IMG/VR virus record: IMGVR_UViG_3300028394_000053
Span: 31,863 to 95,862 of that record
Direction: 5' to 3' (one strand)
Origin: a virus
Length of the DNA: 64,000 nt
Each line of letters opens with the position of its first letter. Positions within the stretch are counted from its first letter, which is position 1. The notes below the pieces were generated by a model. That model did not search any database. It saw only the letters and a program-made list of their open reading frames with translations, and was not told the DNA's origin. The translations under genes and the position numbers were made by a program. This document shows, piece by piece, positions 47,750 to 57,743 of the stretch.

Positions 47750-48901
47750 ATGGTAAAGACTAAAAAACCCACCGCAGAAATCAAACTACTAAATCCCAAA
47801 AGTGCCGATGTAAAATACACCGGCTCAGAACCTGCCTGGAAGTTAGTGTTGACTGACGGAGATAGGACCAGTGCCATGCTCAAGGCTTTCACTTGGTACA
47901 ACTATCACTACGGTAAAAAAGATGCCAAAGACATGATAGCCCATTGGCTTGAACACAACGACAGACCTAAAGACGCTAAACTCATAAGAGGCATTCCTGA
48001 CAGCCAGATCCGTAGTACCACAGCCTGGGTATGTAGAATGAACTTGATTGGCCTAGCACTAAGTGAACATGAACTCAGCGTAATTGACAGCCAGATCAGT
48101 GACATGATGCGTATCAAACAAGAAGTGGTCAAGGTCGTGACCGAAGAAGAAACTACACAAGCCCGATTAACCATACAAGATCATCTGCGTGAACGCATGA
48201 GTGAGTGTGCTGGTGAACTGGAAGGCATGTTTGATGATTTCCTACAGCAAGGCGCAAAGTTGACAGCTGAATTCAAGCCCATGTCACACATCCGTGGTAG
48301 GAATGTGGCACCACAGATGATTGGCACTATCAGTGCCATCTGGAAAGATCGCCTGGCTGAGTTTGAAGAAACTGTGGAAGGACGTGACGCAGATCTAGTA
48401 GAAGCATACAGTCATCTCACCCGGATACAGTTGCGTAATTGCGTAAAATTCTGCGAACTGGTGATCAATGACTGCGCCAGCTATGTACAGATCAAGAAAG
48501 TAGAACGCAAACCGCGTGCCAAGAAAGCCATAAGCCCTGAAAAGTTATCTAGTAAGTTCAAGTATCTCCGAGACTTTGCAGAACTCAAACTGGTATCTGA
48601 AGCACCAGCCAGTTTAGTCAATGCCAGTGAAGCCTGGTTATATGATACCAAAAAACGCAAGTTGATTCATGTGCTAGCTGACGCTCATGTGGGGTCATTT
48701 ACGATTAAAGGAACCAGCATTGTGGCTTTTGATGCTGTCAACAGCTCACAGAAGACTCTACGCAAACCAGCTGAACAGATCAAATCTATCGTGTCAGTTG
48801 GAAAACCCGCGGCACGAAAAGCGTACAAAGATATAAAAAGCACAGAAATCAAGTTTAATGGCCGTGGTAACGAGAACTTGATCATACTCAAGGCCTGGTA
48901 G
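47750..48901 (+). CDS. conserved hypothetical T4-like phage protein
   Basis: 383 aa; basic C-terminal domain WLYDTKKRKL...IKGTSI..FD...S.QKTLRKP. Confidence 0.6.
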   Translation: MVKTKKPTAEIKLLNPKSADVKYTGSEPAWKLVLTDGDRTSAMLKAFTWYNYHYGKKDAKDMIAHWLEHNDRPKDAKLIRGIPDSQIRSTTAWVCRMNLIGLALSEHELSVIDSQISDMMRIKQEVVKVVTEEETTQARLTIQDHLRERMSECAGELEGMFDDFLQQGAKLTAEFKPMSHIRGRNVAPQMIGTISAIWKDRLAEFEETVEGRDADLVEAYSHLTRIQLRNCVKFCELVINDCASYVQIKKVERKPRAKKAISPEKLSSKFKYLRDFAELKLVSEAPASLVNASEAWLYDTKKRKLIHVLADAHVGSFTIKGTSIVAFDAVNSSQKTLRKPAEQIKSIVSVGKPAARKAYKDIKSTEIKFNGRGNENLIILKAW

Positions 48902-48935
48902 CATTCTTGATAAATACTCTTATAGGAGCGATTGT

Positions 48936-49706
48936 ATGGCTATCCAACAAGAATCAAGTCTTGAAACACTAAAACAAAATCTATTCCAGTATGTGCGGTA
49001 TCAACTGGGTGACCAGATCATAGACATTGAGCTGGATGCTGAACACTACGAAGCAGCCTATAGAAACACAGTTGGTACCTATCGCCAGCGAGCACAAAAC
49101 GCCTACGAAGAAAGCTACACATTCATGGAACTAGTAACCAATGTCAACATCTATGAATTGCCACAAGAAGTTTACAGTGTGCGACAGATATTCCGCAGAA
49201 CATTTGGTGACAGCACTGGACCGTTTGCGTCAAACTTTGATCCATTCAGCCAAGCCAGTTTGAATGTATACCTGATGAATTTTAATGTGGCAGGTGGCCT
49301 TGCTACTTTTGACTTTTATAGCCAGTATGTGGAATTGGCCGGACGTATGTTTGGCGCCTACATGAACTACACATTCAATCCTGTGACCAAAAAACTACAG
49401 CTGGTCCGTGATCCTAAAGGTACTGGTGAAGCGGTATTACTTTGGACCTATAACTACAAACCTGAATTCAACATGCTGAGTGATCCGTTAATCAGTCAGT
49501 GGATGCGTAACTACATGACTGGAAACTGCAAACTCATAATTGGTGAAGCAAGAGAAAAGTTTGGAACTATTGCAGGACCACAAGGTGGTGGCACCTTGAA
49601 CGGTACAGCCATGAAGGCTGAAGGTCTGGCCATAATGGAAAAAAGCATCGAAGAACTCAAGAACTACGTTGATGGAAGCCAACCTCTTAGCTGGGTCATA
49701 GGCTAA
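48936..49706 (+). CDS. gp13: neck/head-completion protein
   Basis: LGDQIIDIELD, YTFNPVTKKL, GEAREKF..I.GP.GG.TLNG; late promoter GATAAATA at 48909-48916. Confidence 0.8.
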   Translation: MAIQQESSLETLKQNLFQYVRYQLGDQIIDIELDAEHYEAAYRNTVGTYRQRAQNAYEESYTFMELVTNVNIYELPQEVYSVRQIFRRTFGDSTGPFASNFDPFSQASLNVYLMNFNVAGGLATFDFYSQYVELAGRMFGAYMNYTFNPVTKKLQLVRDPKGTGEAVLLWTYNYKPEFNMLSDPLISQWMRNYMTGNCKLIIGEAREKFGTIAGPQGGGTLNGTAMKAEGLAIMEKSIEELKNYVDGSQPLSWVIG

Positions 49707-49750
49707 CCTTTTTACAACATTGATACCAAAATTTCTGTTATACTAGCAGT

Positions 49751-50275
49751 ATGGCAGATTTAATGATAGACCTAGAAGGATTGGGCACAGGACCGGACAC
49801 TACGATATTGACCATCGCGGCACAGAGTTTTGACCCGTTTGGTTCCGGCTATTGCGAACCAAAATATTATGCCAGGATTAGCCTGGAAAGCCAACCCGAT
49901 CGTAGCATACAACAAAGCACCATAGACTGGTGGGCCACCCAACCAGCCGCGGCCAAGGATGAAGCCTTTGCCGAACAAGATCGCATACCATTGGCTCAAG
50001 CACTAGATGAATTGGGTCGATTGATCTGGCACAGCAAAAGAATCTGGGCACAAGGTCCCACATACGACATGAACATCCTGGAACATGCCTATAAGAGCTA
50101 TGGCAAACCCATACCCTGGCAGTTTTATGCTGTGCGTGACAGCCGTACTGTGTTTAGTTTATGGCCCGGACTGCCTAAACCTGCCACCAGTCACCATGCC
50201 TTAGAAGACTGTCGCAGGCAAATCGCACTATTACAAACAACGTTACAACACTTCAATATAAGGGAAATGGCATGA
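49751..50275 (+). CDS. DEDDh 3'-5' exonuclease (DexA/RNase AS-like)
   Basis: MIDLEGLG, WAQG..YD..IL, RDSRT, HHALEDC. Confidence 0.85.
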   Translation: MADLMIDLEGLGTGPDTTILTIAAQSFDPFGSGYCEPKYYARISLESQPDRSIQQSTIDWWATQPAAAKDEAFAEQDRIPLAQALDELGRLIWHSKRIWAQGPTYDMNILEHAYKSYGKPIPWQFYAVRDSRTVFSLWPGLPKPATSHHALEDCRRQIALLQTTLQHFNIREMA

Positions 50276-50922
50276 TTCTTGGCATCTGTGGCTTGATCGG
50301 CGCTGGCAAAGACACTATAGCAGATTATCTGGTAAACATACACGAATTTAAACGTGAAAGTTTTGCCAACACACTGAAAGATGCTGTGGCTCATGTGTTT
50401 GGCTGGGATCGAGAACTACTCGAAGGTCGTACCAAACAGAGCCGTGCCTGGCGAGAACAAAGAGATGAATGGTGGAGTGACCGTTTAGGCATGGACATAA
50501 CACCTAGATGGGTGCTACAGTTTTGGGGGACTGAAGTTGCCAGACGTAGCTTCCACGATGATATCTGGATTGCCAGCCTAGAAAACAAATTGCGCAAAAT
50601 AACCGATGATGTGGTCATAAGCGACTGTAGATTCCCTAACGAAATCGCCAGTATCAAGTCGGCCGGTGGACGTGTGGTTCGTGTAGTCCGTGGACCTGAT
50701 CCTGAATGGTACCCACTAGCACTGTCTGTAAACGAAGGGCAAAAAAATATCACCTGGAGCCGTAGTCGAATTGCCTTGGAAAAATTCAATATCCATGCCA
50801 GCGAAACTGCCTGGATTGGCACCAAATTTGATGCTGTGATTGAGAACAATTCCAGTCTAGATGCGTTATACCAACAGATCACAGGTCTGGTTCAAGATCT
50901 CCCTGGCGCCAAGGCAGAGTAG
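50272..50922 (+). CDS. gp1: deoxynucleoside monophosphate kinase
   Basis: GLIGAGKDT, FANTLKD, TPRWVLQ.WGTE, ISDCRFPNE, HASE. Confidence 0.9.
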   Translation: MILGICGLIGAGKDTIADYLVNIHEFKRESFANTLKDAVAHVFGWDRELLEGRTKQSRAWREQRDEWWSDRLGMDITPRWVLQFWGTEVARRSFHDDIWIASLENKLRKITDDVVISDCRFPNEIASIKSAGGRVVRVVRGPDPEWYPLALSVNEGQKNITWSRSRIALEKFNIHASETAWIGTKFDAVIENNSSLDALYQQITGLVQDLPGAKAE

Positions 50923-51226
50923 ATTTGGCAACTTCAATAACGCAATTCTGACACACAGTTTTTAAGTTACGAACAGCAACATTGTTCATGTCGCCATCCA
51001 CATGATACACCAATAACTGTGCGGCATATTTAGACTTGAACCCACATCTATCACACATGGGTTTTTTCTTGTAGCCTGCAGTTTGCCATCGAGCTATTGG
51101 CGGTTTAATCCGTTGATTTTTCTTGATACAGTGTTCGCACCTACTGCGATAGTGCGCCTGTTCATCACGATAGTAATTTATAGCACAAAATCTCTGTTTA
51201 CACACCAAACATAACGGTCTTTTCAT
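50879..51226 (-). CDS. small Zn-finger HNH-like endonuclease
   Basis: CLVC, CEHC, CDRC, HVDGD.NN...NL..VCQNC. Confidence 0.7.
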   Translation of the reverse strand: MKRPLCLVCKQRFCAINYYRDEQAHYRSRCEHCIKKNQRIKPPIARWQTAGYKKKPMCDRCGFKSKYAAQLLVYHVDGDMNNVAVRNLKTVCQNCVIEVAKSTLPWRQGDLEPDL

Positions 51227-51320
51227 GTTGTATTTACATCAAACCTTTCCAAAGGGCAGGCAACAGACGTTCTTTTTGACATTGGCCATAAATATCTATA
51301 CTAGAAAAAAGGATTTTGAT

Positions 51321-54300
51321 ATGGCTCTAATATCCCCCGGTGTACAAGTTACTATAATTGATCAAAGCAATTATATCCCAGGCGCTACCAATTCGGTACC
51401 GTTTATTTTGTTGGCAACAGCTCAGAACAAAGTTTCTGGCGCTGGAGTTGGTGTAGCTTCGGGCACACTGGCTGTTAATGCAAACAAAACTTATTTAATG
51501 ACAAGTCAAAGAGACTTGCTCAACACCTTTGGTGTTCCGTTCTTTTACAATACCACAGCTGGTACTCCGATCAACGGATACGAGCTGAATGAATATGGTT
51601 TATTGGCCGCTTATAGCGCATTGGGTATTACCAACCAATGTTATATACAGCGTGTTGATATTGACCTGGCTGCTCTTACTGCTAGTTTAACTAGACCGTT
51701 GGGTGCTCCAAACAACAACACATACTGGTTAGATTCAGTTAATAGTTCATGGGGAATTTTTGAGTGGAATTTGACCACTGGTGCATTCAGCAACAAAATT
51801 CCTAGTGTTATTACTAGCACAGCTAATTTGGTAACTGGCGAATCAATACCGCTACAAAGTTATGGCAGTATTGGTGACTACACAGTGGTCGGTGGTGGAG
51901 TTCAAAGTGCTGATGTTGCAGGCGCACTACAAAATCCTGAATACTACAAGCGTGGTGGTCCAACCACTACACAAACTAGCTCAACCACATTAGGTGAGTT
52001 ATATAACACTTGGGTAGCAGTTGGTAGTGATGATTGGAAAACAGCATGGCCTACAGTTAGTGGCACACTAGCACCCGCATCATTGGTTGCCAACAACACA
52101 ATCTTTATTAATAATACTAGCACAGTTACAGTTCCAGTATCAACTAATAATACTCCAGCTGGTTTATCCGCAGCAATCAACACAGCCAACATAGCCGGTG
52201 TTTATTCTGCTGCAATTGGTGGTGCATTGTTTATCTATGCTGATAGCCTATCAACTGGCTACGCAGGTAATATTACAGGTAGTACTGCAAATGTATCAAC
52301 AGGTATTGCCACTTTAACATTTACCAATGCAGGAAACACTGTACCTAATCCTTATCCTGTTGGTAGTACCATTACCATTGCTGGTACCACTAGTGGTACA
52401 TACGATGGTACATTTGATGTAGTTGCCGCAAGCAACACCACAGTCAGTTTTGTATCTGCATCTACAGTACCAACAAGTGTTGGTAACATTAAATGGTTTG
52501 GCAGTGTCAGCGTTAAAAACGGCACCGGTACTCCATTGGCTACTCTAGGTATCACAGCAGGTGCGTATGCAACTCCAGAATATCAAGCAAGTCCAAGCTA
52601 TCAAAATCCACGCTGGAACAGTTCAAGTACAATTCCATACCCAACTGGTTCTGTATGGCAAAAAACAAACAATGTAAACTTAGGTACCAATTTGGTAGTC
52701 AAGAAATACAATTCAACTCTGGGTACATTTATACAACAAAATTGTCCAGTATACGCCACAGATGCTGCAGCTTTATATGCACTAGATCCAGCTGGTGGTG
52801 GCGCTACTATTCCTGTTGGCGCAACCTATGCTCAAGTTGACCCATACGGCGACGGCACTGGCGCATTCATGATCTGGGAACGCTATATTTTAGGTGCCAC
52901 TAACGTGACTTCTTATATTACTTCTGCTAGTACAGTGTTTAGCAGTGGTGATACTTTTACAATCAGTGCTACCGAAGCTGGTAGTGCCACACTTAATACA
53001 GCCACAGCAGAGTTAACTGGTACTACTGTATCAGACTTTATTGCCGCAGTTAGTGCTGCAGATATTCCTTATGTGAGTGCCACAGTTGACAGTAGTGGTT
53101 ATATTGTGTTTACACACAGTCAAGGCGGTGACATCCAACTTACTGATTTAACAGGTACTGCTGTAGCTACTGCTGGTTTTACTACTGGTCAAAATATCCG
53201 AGGCTTGACTGCATTGAATGTAACTGACACTGACACATTAGTTCTCAGTAACTGGGTAAGTTACCCAACATTTAGCTATACAACCAGCTCAACCGCTCCA
53301 GATCAAAATCCTGATACTGGTACTTACTGGTACTACAGCGACCCGACACAAGTGGATATCATGATCCAGGATGGTGGCAGATGGCAAGGTTATCAAAATG
53401 TGGACAACGATATCCGTGGTTACAACCTTACTGACACCAATGCCAGTGGTCCAATCATTGCCGCTAGTGCACCAACTACACAGAACAACACAGCACTAAG
53501 TCCTTTGGTCTACGGTGATTTGTGGATTGACACAAGCAATCTTGAATTATATCCGGTAATTAATCGTTGGGAAAATGTTGATGGAACTGATCAATGGGTA
53601 CAGATTGACAACAGCAATCAAACCACACAAAGTGGTGTATTGTTTGCTGATGCCAGATGGGCACCAAACGGAACTACAGATCCTGTAAGTGATCCGTTGC
53701 CAACTATCACTAGCCTGTTAGTCAGTGACTACTTGGATCCAGACGCACCGAGTCCAAGCCTATATCCAGAAGGTATTTTGTTATGGAACACTCGTCGTAG
53801 CGGATTCAATGTCAAGACATTCCAAAGCAACTATTTCAACACTACCGACTATCCAGCGTACCAATGGTTAAGCAGCACTGCCTACAGCGTTGGTGCTTTA
53901 GTGACTAATAGCAGTATAGAGTACATCTGTTTGACAGCTAATACAAATCAAACTCCTGGAACCAATGCATATTGGACACCAATCACTGTTACCAACACCT
54001 GGTTAACTGCCAGTGGTAACAGAGCTGACGGTAGCCCATTTATGGGTCGTCAAGCACAGAGAGCCATTATTAATCAGGCATTACGAAGCGGTATTGATAG
54101 CAACACCACAATCAGAGAAGAACAGAATCAGTTTAATTTGATTGCCTGCCCACAGTATCCTGAGTTGGCACCTAACTTGGCTTTACTCAATGCTGATCGT
54201 GGAGAAACTGCTTTTGTAGTAGTTGATACTCCGCTACGATTGACACCAGAAGAAATTGTAACTTGGGCAACCAACAACAACGGTCTAGGTGTAATCACAG

Positions 54301-54986
54301 CTGACGGTAATTTAAATGCTGGTGATGCTTATGCGGCTGCATTCTATCCAAGCTGTACTACTAACGACCTTAGTGGTAACCTGGTAGTAACAGCACCAAG
54401 CCACATGATGTTGCGTACAATTATACGCAGTGACGAAGTGGCGTATCCATGGTTGGCACCGGCCGGCACACGCCGCGGTGTAATTGACAACGCCACACAG
54501 ATTGGTTATCTAAATGCACAGACTGGTGAATTTGTTCCGTTAGGGGTAAATCAAGGCCTACGTGATGTATTGTATCAGAACGATGTCAATCCAATTACCT
54601 TTATTCCAGGTGTTGGTATTACTAACTTTGGTAACCATACCTTACAAGGTACAACTACTGCACTTGATCGTATCAACGTAGCTCGCTTAGTAGCGTTCTT
54701 ACGTGCTAGATTGGCTGCAATTGGTAAAACATATTTGTTTGAACCAAACGATACAATCACACGCAATCAGATTACCAACAGTATCACTAACTTGATGATT
54801 GACTTAGTGGCTAAACGTGGTATCTATGATTACTTGGTTGTATGTGATCTTTCAAATAACACACCGGCTAGAATCGACGCTAACGAATTATGGGTTGACA
54901 TTGCAATTGAGCCAGTTAAAGCTGTTGAGTTTATATACATACCAGTACGTATTCAAAACACAGGAACCATTGGCGCAACAGTATAA
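51321..54986 (+). CDS. gp18: tail sheath protein (enlarged)
   Basis: MALISPGVQVTIID, W.APAG.RRG, LY...VNPI, ALDRINVARL, LFEPND, VVCD.SNNT..ID.NEL; start at 51321 after CATAAATA and AAGGA. Confidence 0.95.
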   Translation: MALISPGVQVTIIDQSNYIPGATNSVPFILLATAQNKVSGAGVGVASGTLAVNANKTYLMTSQRDLLNTFGVPFFYNTTAGTPINGYELNEYGLLAAYSALGITNQCYIQRVDIDLAALTASLTRPLGAPNNNTYWLDSVNSSWGIFEWNLTTGAFSNKIPSVITSTANLVTGESIPLQSYGSIGDYTVVGGGVQSADVAGALQNPEYYKRGGPTTTQTSSTTLGELYNTWVAVGSDDWKTAWPTVSGTLAPASLVANNTIFINNTSTVTVPVSTNNTPAGLSAAINTANIAGVYSAAIGGALFIYADSLSTGYAGNITGSTANVSTGIATLTFTNAGNTVPNPYPVGSTITIAGTTSGTYDGTFDVVAASNTTVSFVSASTVPTSVGNIKWFGSVSVKNGTGTPLATLGITAGAYATPEYQASPSYQNPRWNSSSTIPYPTGSVWQKTNNVNLGTNLVVKKYNSTLGTFIQQNCPVYATDAAALYALDPAGGGATIPVGATYAQVDPYGDGTGAFMIWERYILGATNVTSYITSASTVFSSGDTFTISATEAGSATLNTATAELTGTTVSDFIAAVSAADIPYVSATVDSSGYIVFTHSQGGDIQLTDLTGTAVATAGFTTGQNIRGLTALNVTDTDTLVLSNWVSYPTFSYTTSSTAPDQNPDTGTYWYYSDPTQVDIMIQDGGRWQGYQNVDNDIRGYNLTDTNASGPIIAASAPTTQNNTALSPLVYGDLWIDTSNLELYPVINRWENVDGTDQWVQIDNSNQTTQSGVLFADARWAPNGTTDPVSDPLPTITSLLVSDYLDPDAPSPSLYPEGILLWNTRRSGFNVKTFQSNYFNTTDYPAYQWLSSTAYSVGALVTNSSIEYICLTANTNQTPGTNAYWTPITVTNTWLTASGNRADGSPFMGRQAQRAIINQALRSGIDSNTTIREEQNQFNLIACPQYPELAPNLALLNADRGETAFVVVDTPLRLTPEEIVTWATNNNGLGVITADGNLNAGDAYAAAFYPSCTTNDLSGNLVVTAPSHMMLRTIIRSDEVAYPWLAPAGTRRGVIDNATQIGYLNAQTGEFVPLGVNQGLRDVLYQNDVNPITFIPGVGITNFGNHTLQGTTTALDRINVARLVAFLRARLAAIGKTYLFEPNDTITRNQITNSITNLMIDLVAKRGIYDYLVVCDLSNNTPARIDANELWVDIAIEPVKAVEFIYIPVRIQNTGTIGATV

Positions 54987-54992
54987 TGAACA

Positions 54993-55019
54993 GGGGCAAA
55001 ATGACTAAAATTTTGTCCC
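54993..55019 (+). other. intergenic hairpin between sheath and tube genes
   Basis: GGGGCAAAAT-N7-ATTTTGTCCC, followed by late promoter CATAAATA at about 55030. Confidence 0.45.
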
Positions 55020-55063
55020 GGCTCATTGCCATAAATAAAAGTACAATAGGAGATTAAACGAAA

Positions 55064-55705
55064 ATGGCTACATCATCGCTAACAAAAATGACCGTGCCGC
55101 TGGCAAGCGATCAGAGTAACAGCAATCAAGGCTTGTTAATGCCCAAACTGAAGTATCGCTTTAGAGTGAGCTTTCAGAATTTTGGAGTATCAAGTCCAGT
55201 AACTGAATTAACCAAACAGGTTGTGGATTTTGCTCGGCCAAATGTGACCTTTGATAACATTGATCTTCCTATCTACAACAGCATGATCAAACTGGCTGGA
55301 AAATATACCTGGGCTGATGTCACATGTAATCTACGTGATGATGCTGCTGGCAATGTAAGCAAGTTGGTTGGTGAGCAATTACAGAAACAATTGGACTTTG
55401 CTGAAATGAGTTCAGCAAGTGCTGGTATTGATTACAAGTTTACTACTGTATTTGAAGTACTTGATGGTGGCAACGGTGCTAATACTCCAGTTGCACTTGA
55501 AACTTGGGAAATTTATGGTTGCTACCTACAAGGTGTCAACTATGGTGATGCTAACTATGGTGAAAATGCAGCTATGCAAATTGCGTTGACCATTAGATTT
55601 GATAATGCCCTACAAAACCCAGCCGGTGGTGGCGGTGGTGGTGTTGGTATTGCAGTTGGTAGAAGCCTTGGTGATGTAGCTACTGGTGTTGGTATAGCAC
55701 AATAA
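55064..55705 (+). CDS. gp19: tail tube protein
   Basis: PKLKYRFRV, RP.V.F, AGK.TW, W..YGC, LTIRFDNA; directly after the sheath gene. Confidence 0.85.
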   Translation: MATSSLTKMTVPLASDQSNSNQGLLMPKLKYRFRVSFQNFGVSSPVTELTKQVVDFARPNVTFDNIDLPIYNSMIKLAGKYTWADVTCNLRDDAAGNVSKLVGEQLQKQLDFAEMSSASAGIDYKFTTVFEVLDGGNGANTPVALETWEIYGCYLQGVNYGDANYGENAAMQIALTIRFDNALQNPAGGGGGGVGIAVGRSLGDVATGVGIAQ

Positions 55706-55717
55706 TACTGGAACAGT

Positions 55718-56920
55718 ATGACTAACTTAGCCTCGTTTGGCGAGAATATACTTCAGGGTTTTTTTGGAGTCAACGGGCTACGAGATTATACCCACGCTAG
55801 TAAGACCTTCAGAAGCAACAACTACGAACTTACTCCTAGAACCAAGTTCTTATTCCATTGTTTTTTCAATGTGAACATAGGACAGATTCCAGCACTGGCC
55901 GGAGCATTCCAAAATAACGATCTTGCCAGCATAGGGCTCATGGTCAAGACTACAGACCTGCCCAGCTATCAGATTACCCACGACACACTTAATCAATACA
56001 ATCGTAAAAGAATCGTCCAGACCAAGATCAATTATCAACCAGTCACTATCACTTTGCACGATGATCAAAGTGATCTTATACGAAATCTCTGGTACAACTA
56101 CTATACCTATTATTACAAAGACAGTAGTTACGGTTATAACAATGTGCCAGCTCAAGCAGGAACATCTGGTAAAAATGCTGTCATGCAAAACGGGTTTGGA
56201 TACAACACCTCCGATACCTATAGTGGTAGACAAAACACCGACTGGGGATACATTGGCGAAGGCTACGCAGATAGTAGCCCAGGAACAGCCACAGGAGACA
56301 ACAAGGGTAAACCTAGATTCTTCAATGACATAACCATTTACGGTCTAGCACAAAAACGCTATGCCAGCTACACCTTGATCAACCCAATCATTACTGATTG
56401 GAAAAGTGATCAGTACGATTACAGCCAAGGTAACGGAACCATGAGTCATACCCTGACCGTGGTTTATGAAACTGTCAAATATATGAGTGGTGCAATTGGT
56501 GGGGCTCAATCCAGTACCAGTGTACCAGGATTTGCTGATCCAGCTCATTACGATACAACCAAGAGTGGGTTGTCAAGGCCAGGCGGAACCAACTCGGTTT
56601 TTGGCCAAGGTGGACTCATTGATGCAGTTGCAGGTGGTGTGGAAGATTTACAAGCATTGGCAAGTGGTCGTGGTGGTTTACAAAATGTGTTAGGTGCGGT
56701 ACAAACAGCTGGCACAGCCTATAACACATTTAAAAATTCAAATCTTGGACAGATTGCAAAAGCCGAAGTTCAAGCCGGCGCCAAGAGCGTACTACAACAA
56801 GGATTGCCGGGTAGTGTGAGACAGGCAATAAACTCTGGCAATTCACAGTTTTTTCCAAATGCACCAAAAGTTTCTACTGTTGGTATACCAACCATTAGAA
56901 CTCAGCTAGGACTTAGATAG
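55718..56920 (+). CDS. tube-like baseplate/tube initiator protein (gp19/gp54 family)
   Basis: VK..DLPSY, NQYNRKR, Y.PV.IT.HDD, L.NP.IT, YE. Confidence 0.6.
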   Translation: MTNLASFGENILQGFFGVNGLRDYTHASKTFRSNNYELTPRTKFLFHCFFNVNIGQIPALAGAFQNNDLASIGLMVKTTDLPSYQITHDTLNQYNRKRIVQTKINYQPVTITLHDDQSDLIRNLWYNYYTYYYKDSSYGYNNVPAQAGTSGKNAVMQNGFGYNTSDTYSGRQNTDWGYIGEGYADSSPGTATGDNKGKPRFFNDITIYGLAQKRYASYTLINPIITDWKSDQYDYSQGNGTMSHTLTVVYETVKYMSGAIGGAQSSTSVPGFADPAHYDTTKSGLSRPGGTNSVFGQGGLIDAVAGGVEDLQALASGRGGLQNVLGAVQTAGTAYNTFKNSNLGQIAKAEVQAGAKSVLQQGLPGSVRQAINSGNSQFFPNAPKVSTVGIPTIRTQLGLR

Positions 56921-56928
56921 GATAATCC

Positions 56929-57288
56929 GTGGGCACCGTAAATTACTCTGATCCCAAAACTGATCTTTCAGTAAAAATATTTGATAGATTCTATGGCTAC
57001 GAAGTTAATGTGCCAGTAGATGCCTATGATGCGGTTCTCAGCTATTTTCAAAGTGTGTTTGGCACAGGCGAAGCAGCCGGCAATTTTGCTGTTACCTTGT
57101 TTAGAGTAGCTGAACTTAGTGGTACTCCAGTTCTAACATTATTACAACAGATACAAGGACAGACAGGTCCAGATTTAACAGCATCTTTGTCCTACTACAT
57201 CAACGCTACTAGAAGCAACAGTACCTTGCTGGGAATAAATGTTGCCACACAGCCAAACTTTTACGTGGCACACAACATTCGTATCTAG
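56929..57288 (+). CDS. hypothetical virion-module protein
   Basis: 119-aa ORF with AGGA SD and GTG start. Confidence 0.6.
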   Translation: MGTVNYSDPKTDLSVKIFDRFYGYEVNVPVDAYDAVLSYFQSVFGTGEAAGNFAVTLFRVAELSGTPVLTLLQQIQGQTGPDLTASLSYYINATRSNSTLLGINVATQPNFYVAHNIRI

Positions 57289-57296
57289 GGTCTGCT

Positions 57297-57740
57297 ATGG
57301 CTAACTTTAGACAAGGTATATACATTCCACAAAATCCACAGAAGTATGTGGGCAACGGTAATATAAAATATAGATCTGGGTGGGAAATGACTTTCATGAT
57401 GTTCCTGGACAGCAACACCAATGTGCTACAGTGGGCTAGCGAAAGCATCAGGATTCCTTATAAACATCCCTTAACTGGCAAGATGACCAACTATGTGCCA
57501 GACTTCCTGGTCACTTACCGCGGTCCAAACAATACTACCGTTGCTGAACTGATAGAAATCAAGCCCAAGAAACAAAGCCTAATTGAAAGCAAAATGAACG
57601 ACCGTGATCGGGCTATCGTAGCTGTGAACTACTGCAAATGGGATGCCGCAACCAAGTGGGCCAAGGCACAAGGCCTGCGTTTTAGAGTCATAACCGAAGA
57701 CGATATATTTCATCAAGGTGGCAAAAAACGCGGTAAATAG
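57297..57740 (+). CDS. gp4: head completion nuclease (TnsA-like)
   Basis: NPQKYVG, YRSGWE, WASE.I.IPY, Y.PDF, IEIKP.KQ, KW.AA, F.VITE. Confidence 0.9.
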   Translation: MANFRQGIYIPQNPQKYVGNGNIKYRSGWEMTFMMFLDSNTNVLQWASESIRIPYKHPLTGKMTNYVPDFLVTYRGPNNTTVAELIEIKPKKQSLIESKMNDRDRAIVAVNYCKWDAATKWAKAQGLRFRVITEDDIFHQGGKKRGK

Positions 57741-57743
57741 GGT

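Noticed and set aside
50879-51226. HNH gene as a mobile intron-encoded homing endonuclease
   Set aside because: Neither neighbour is interrupted, and the gene is antisense with its own late-type promoter.
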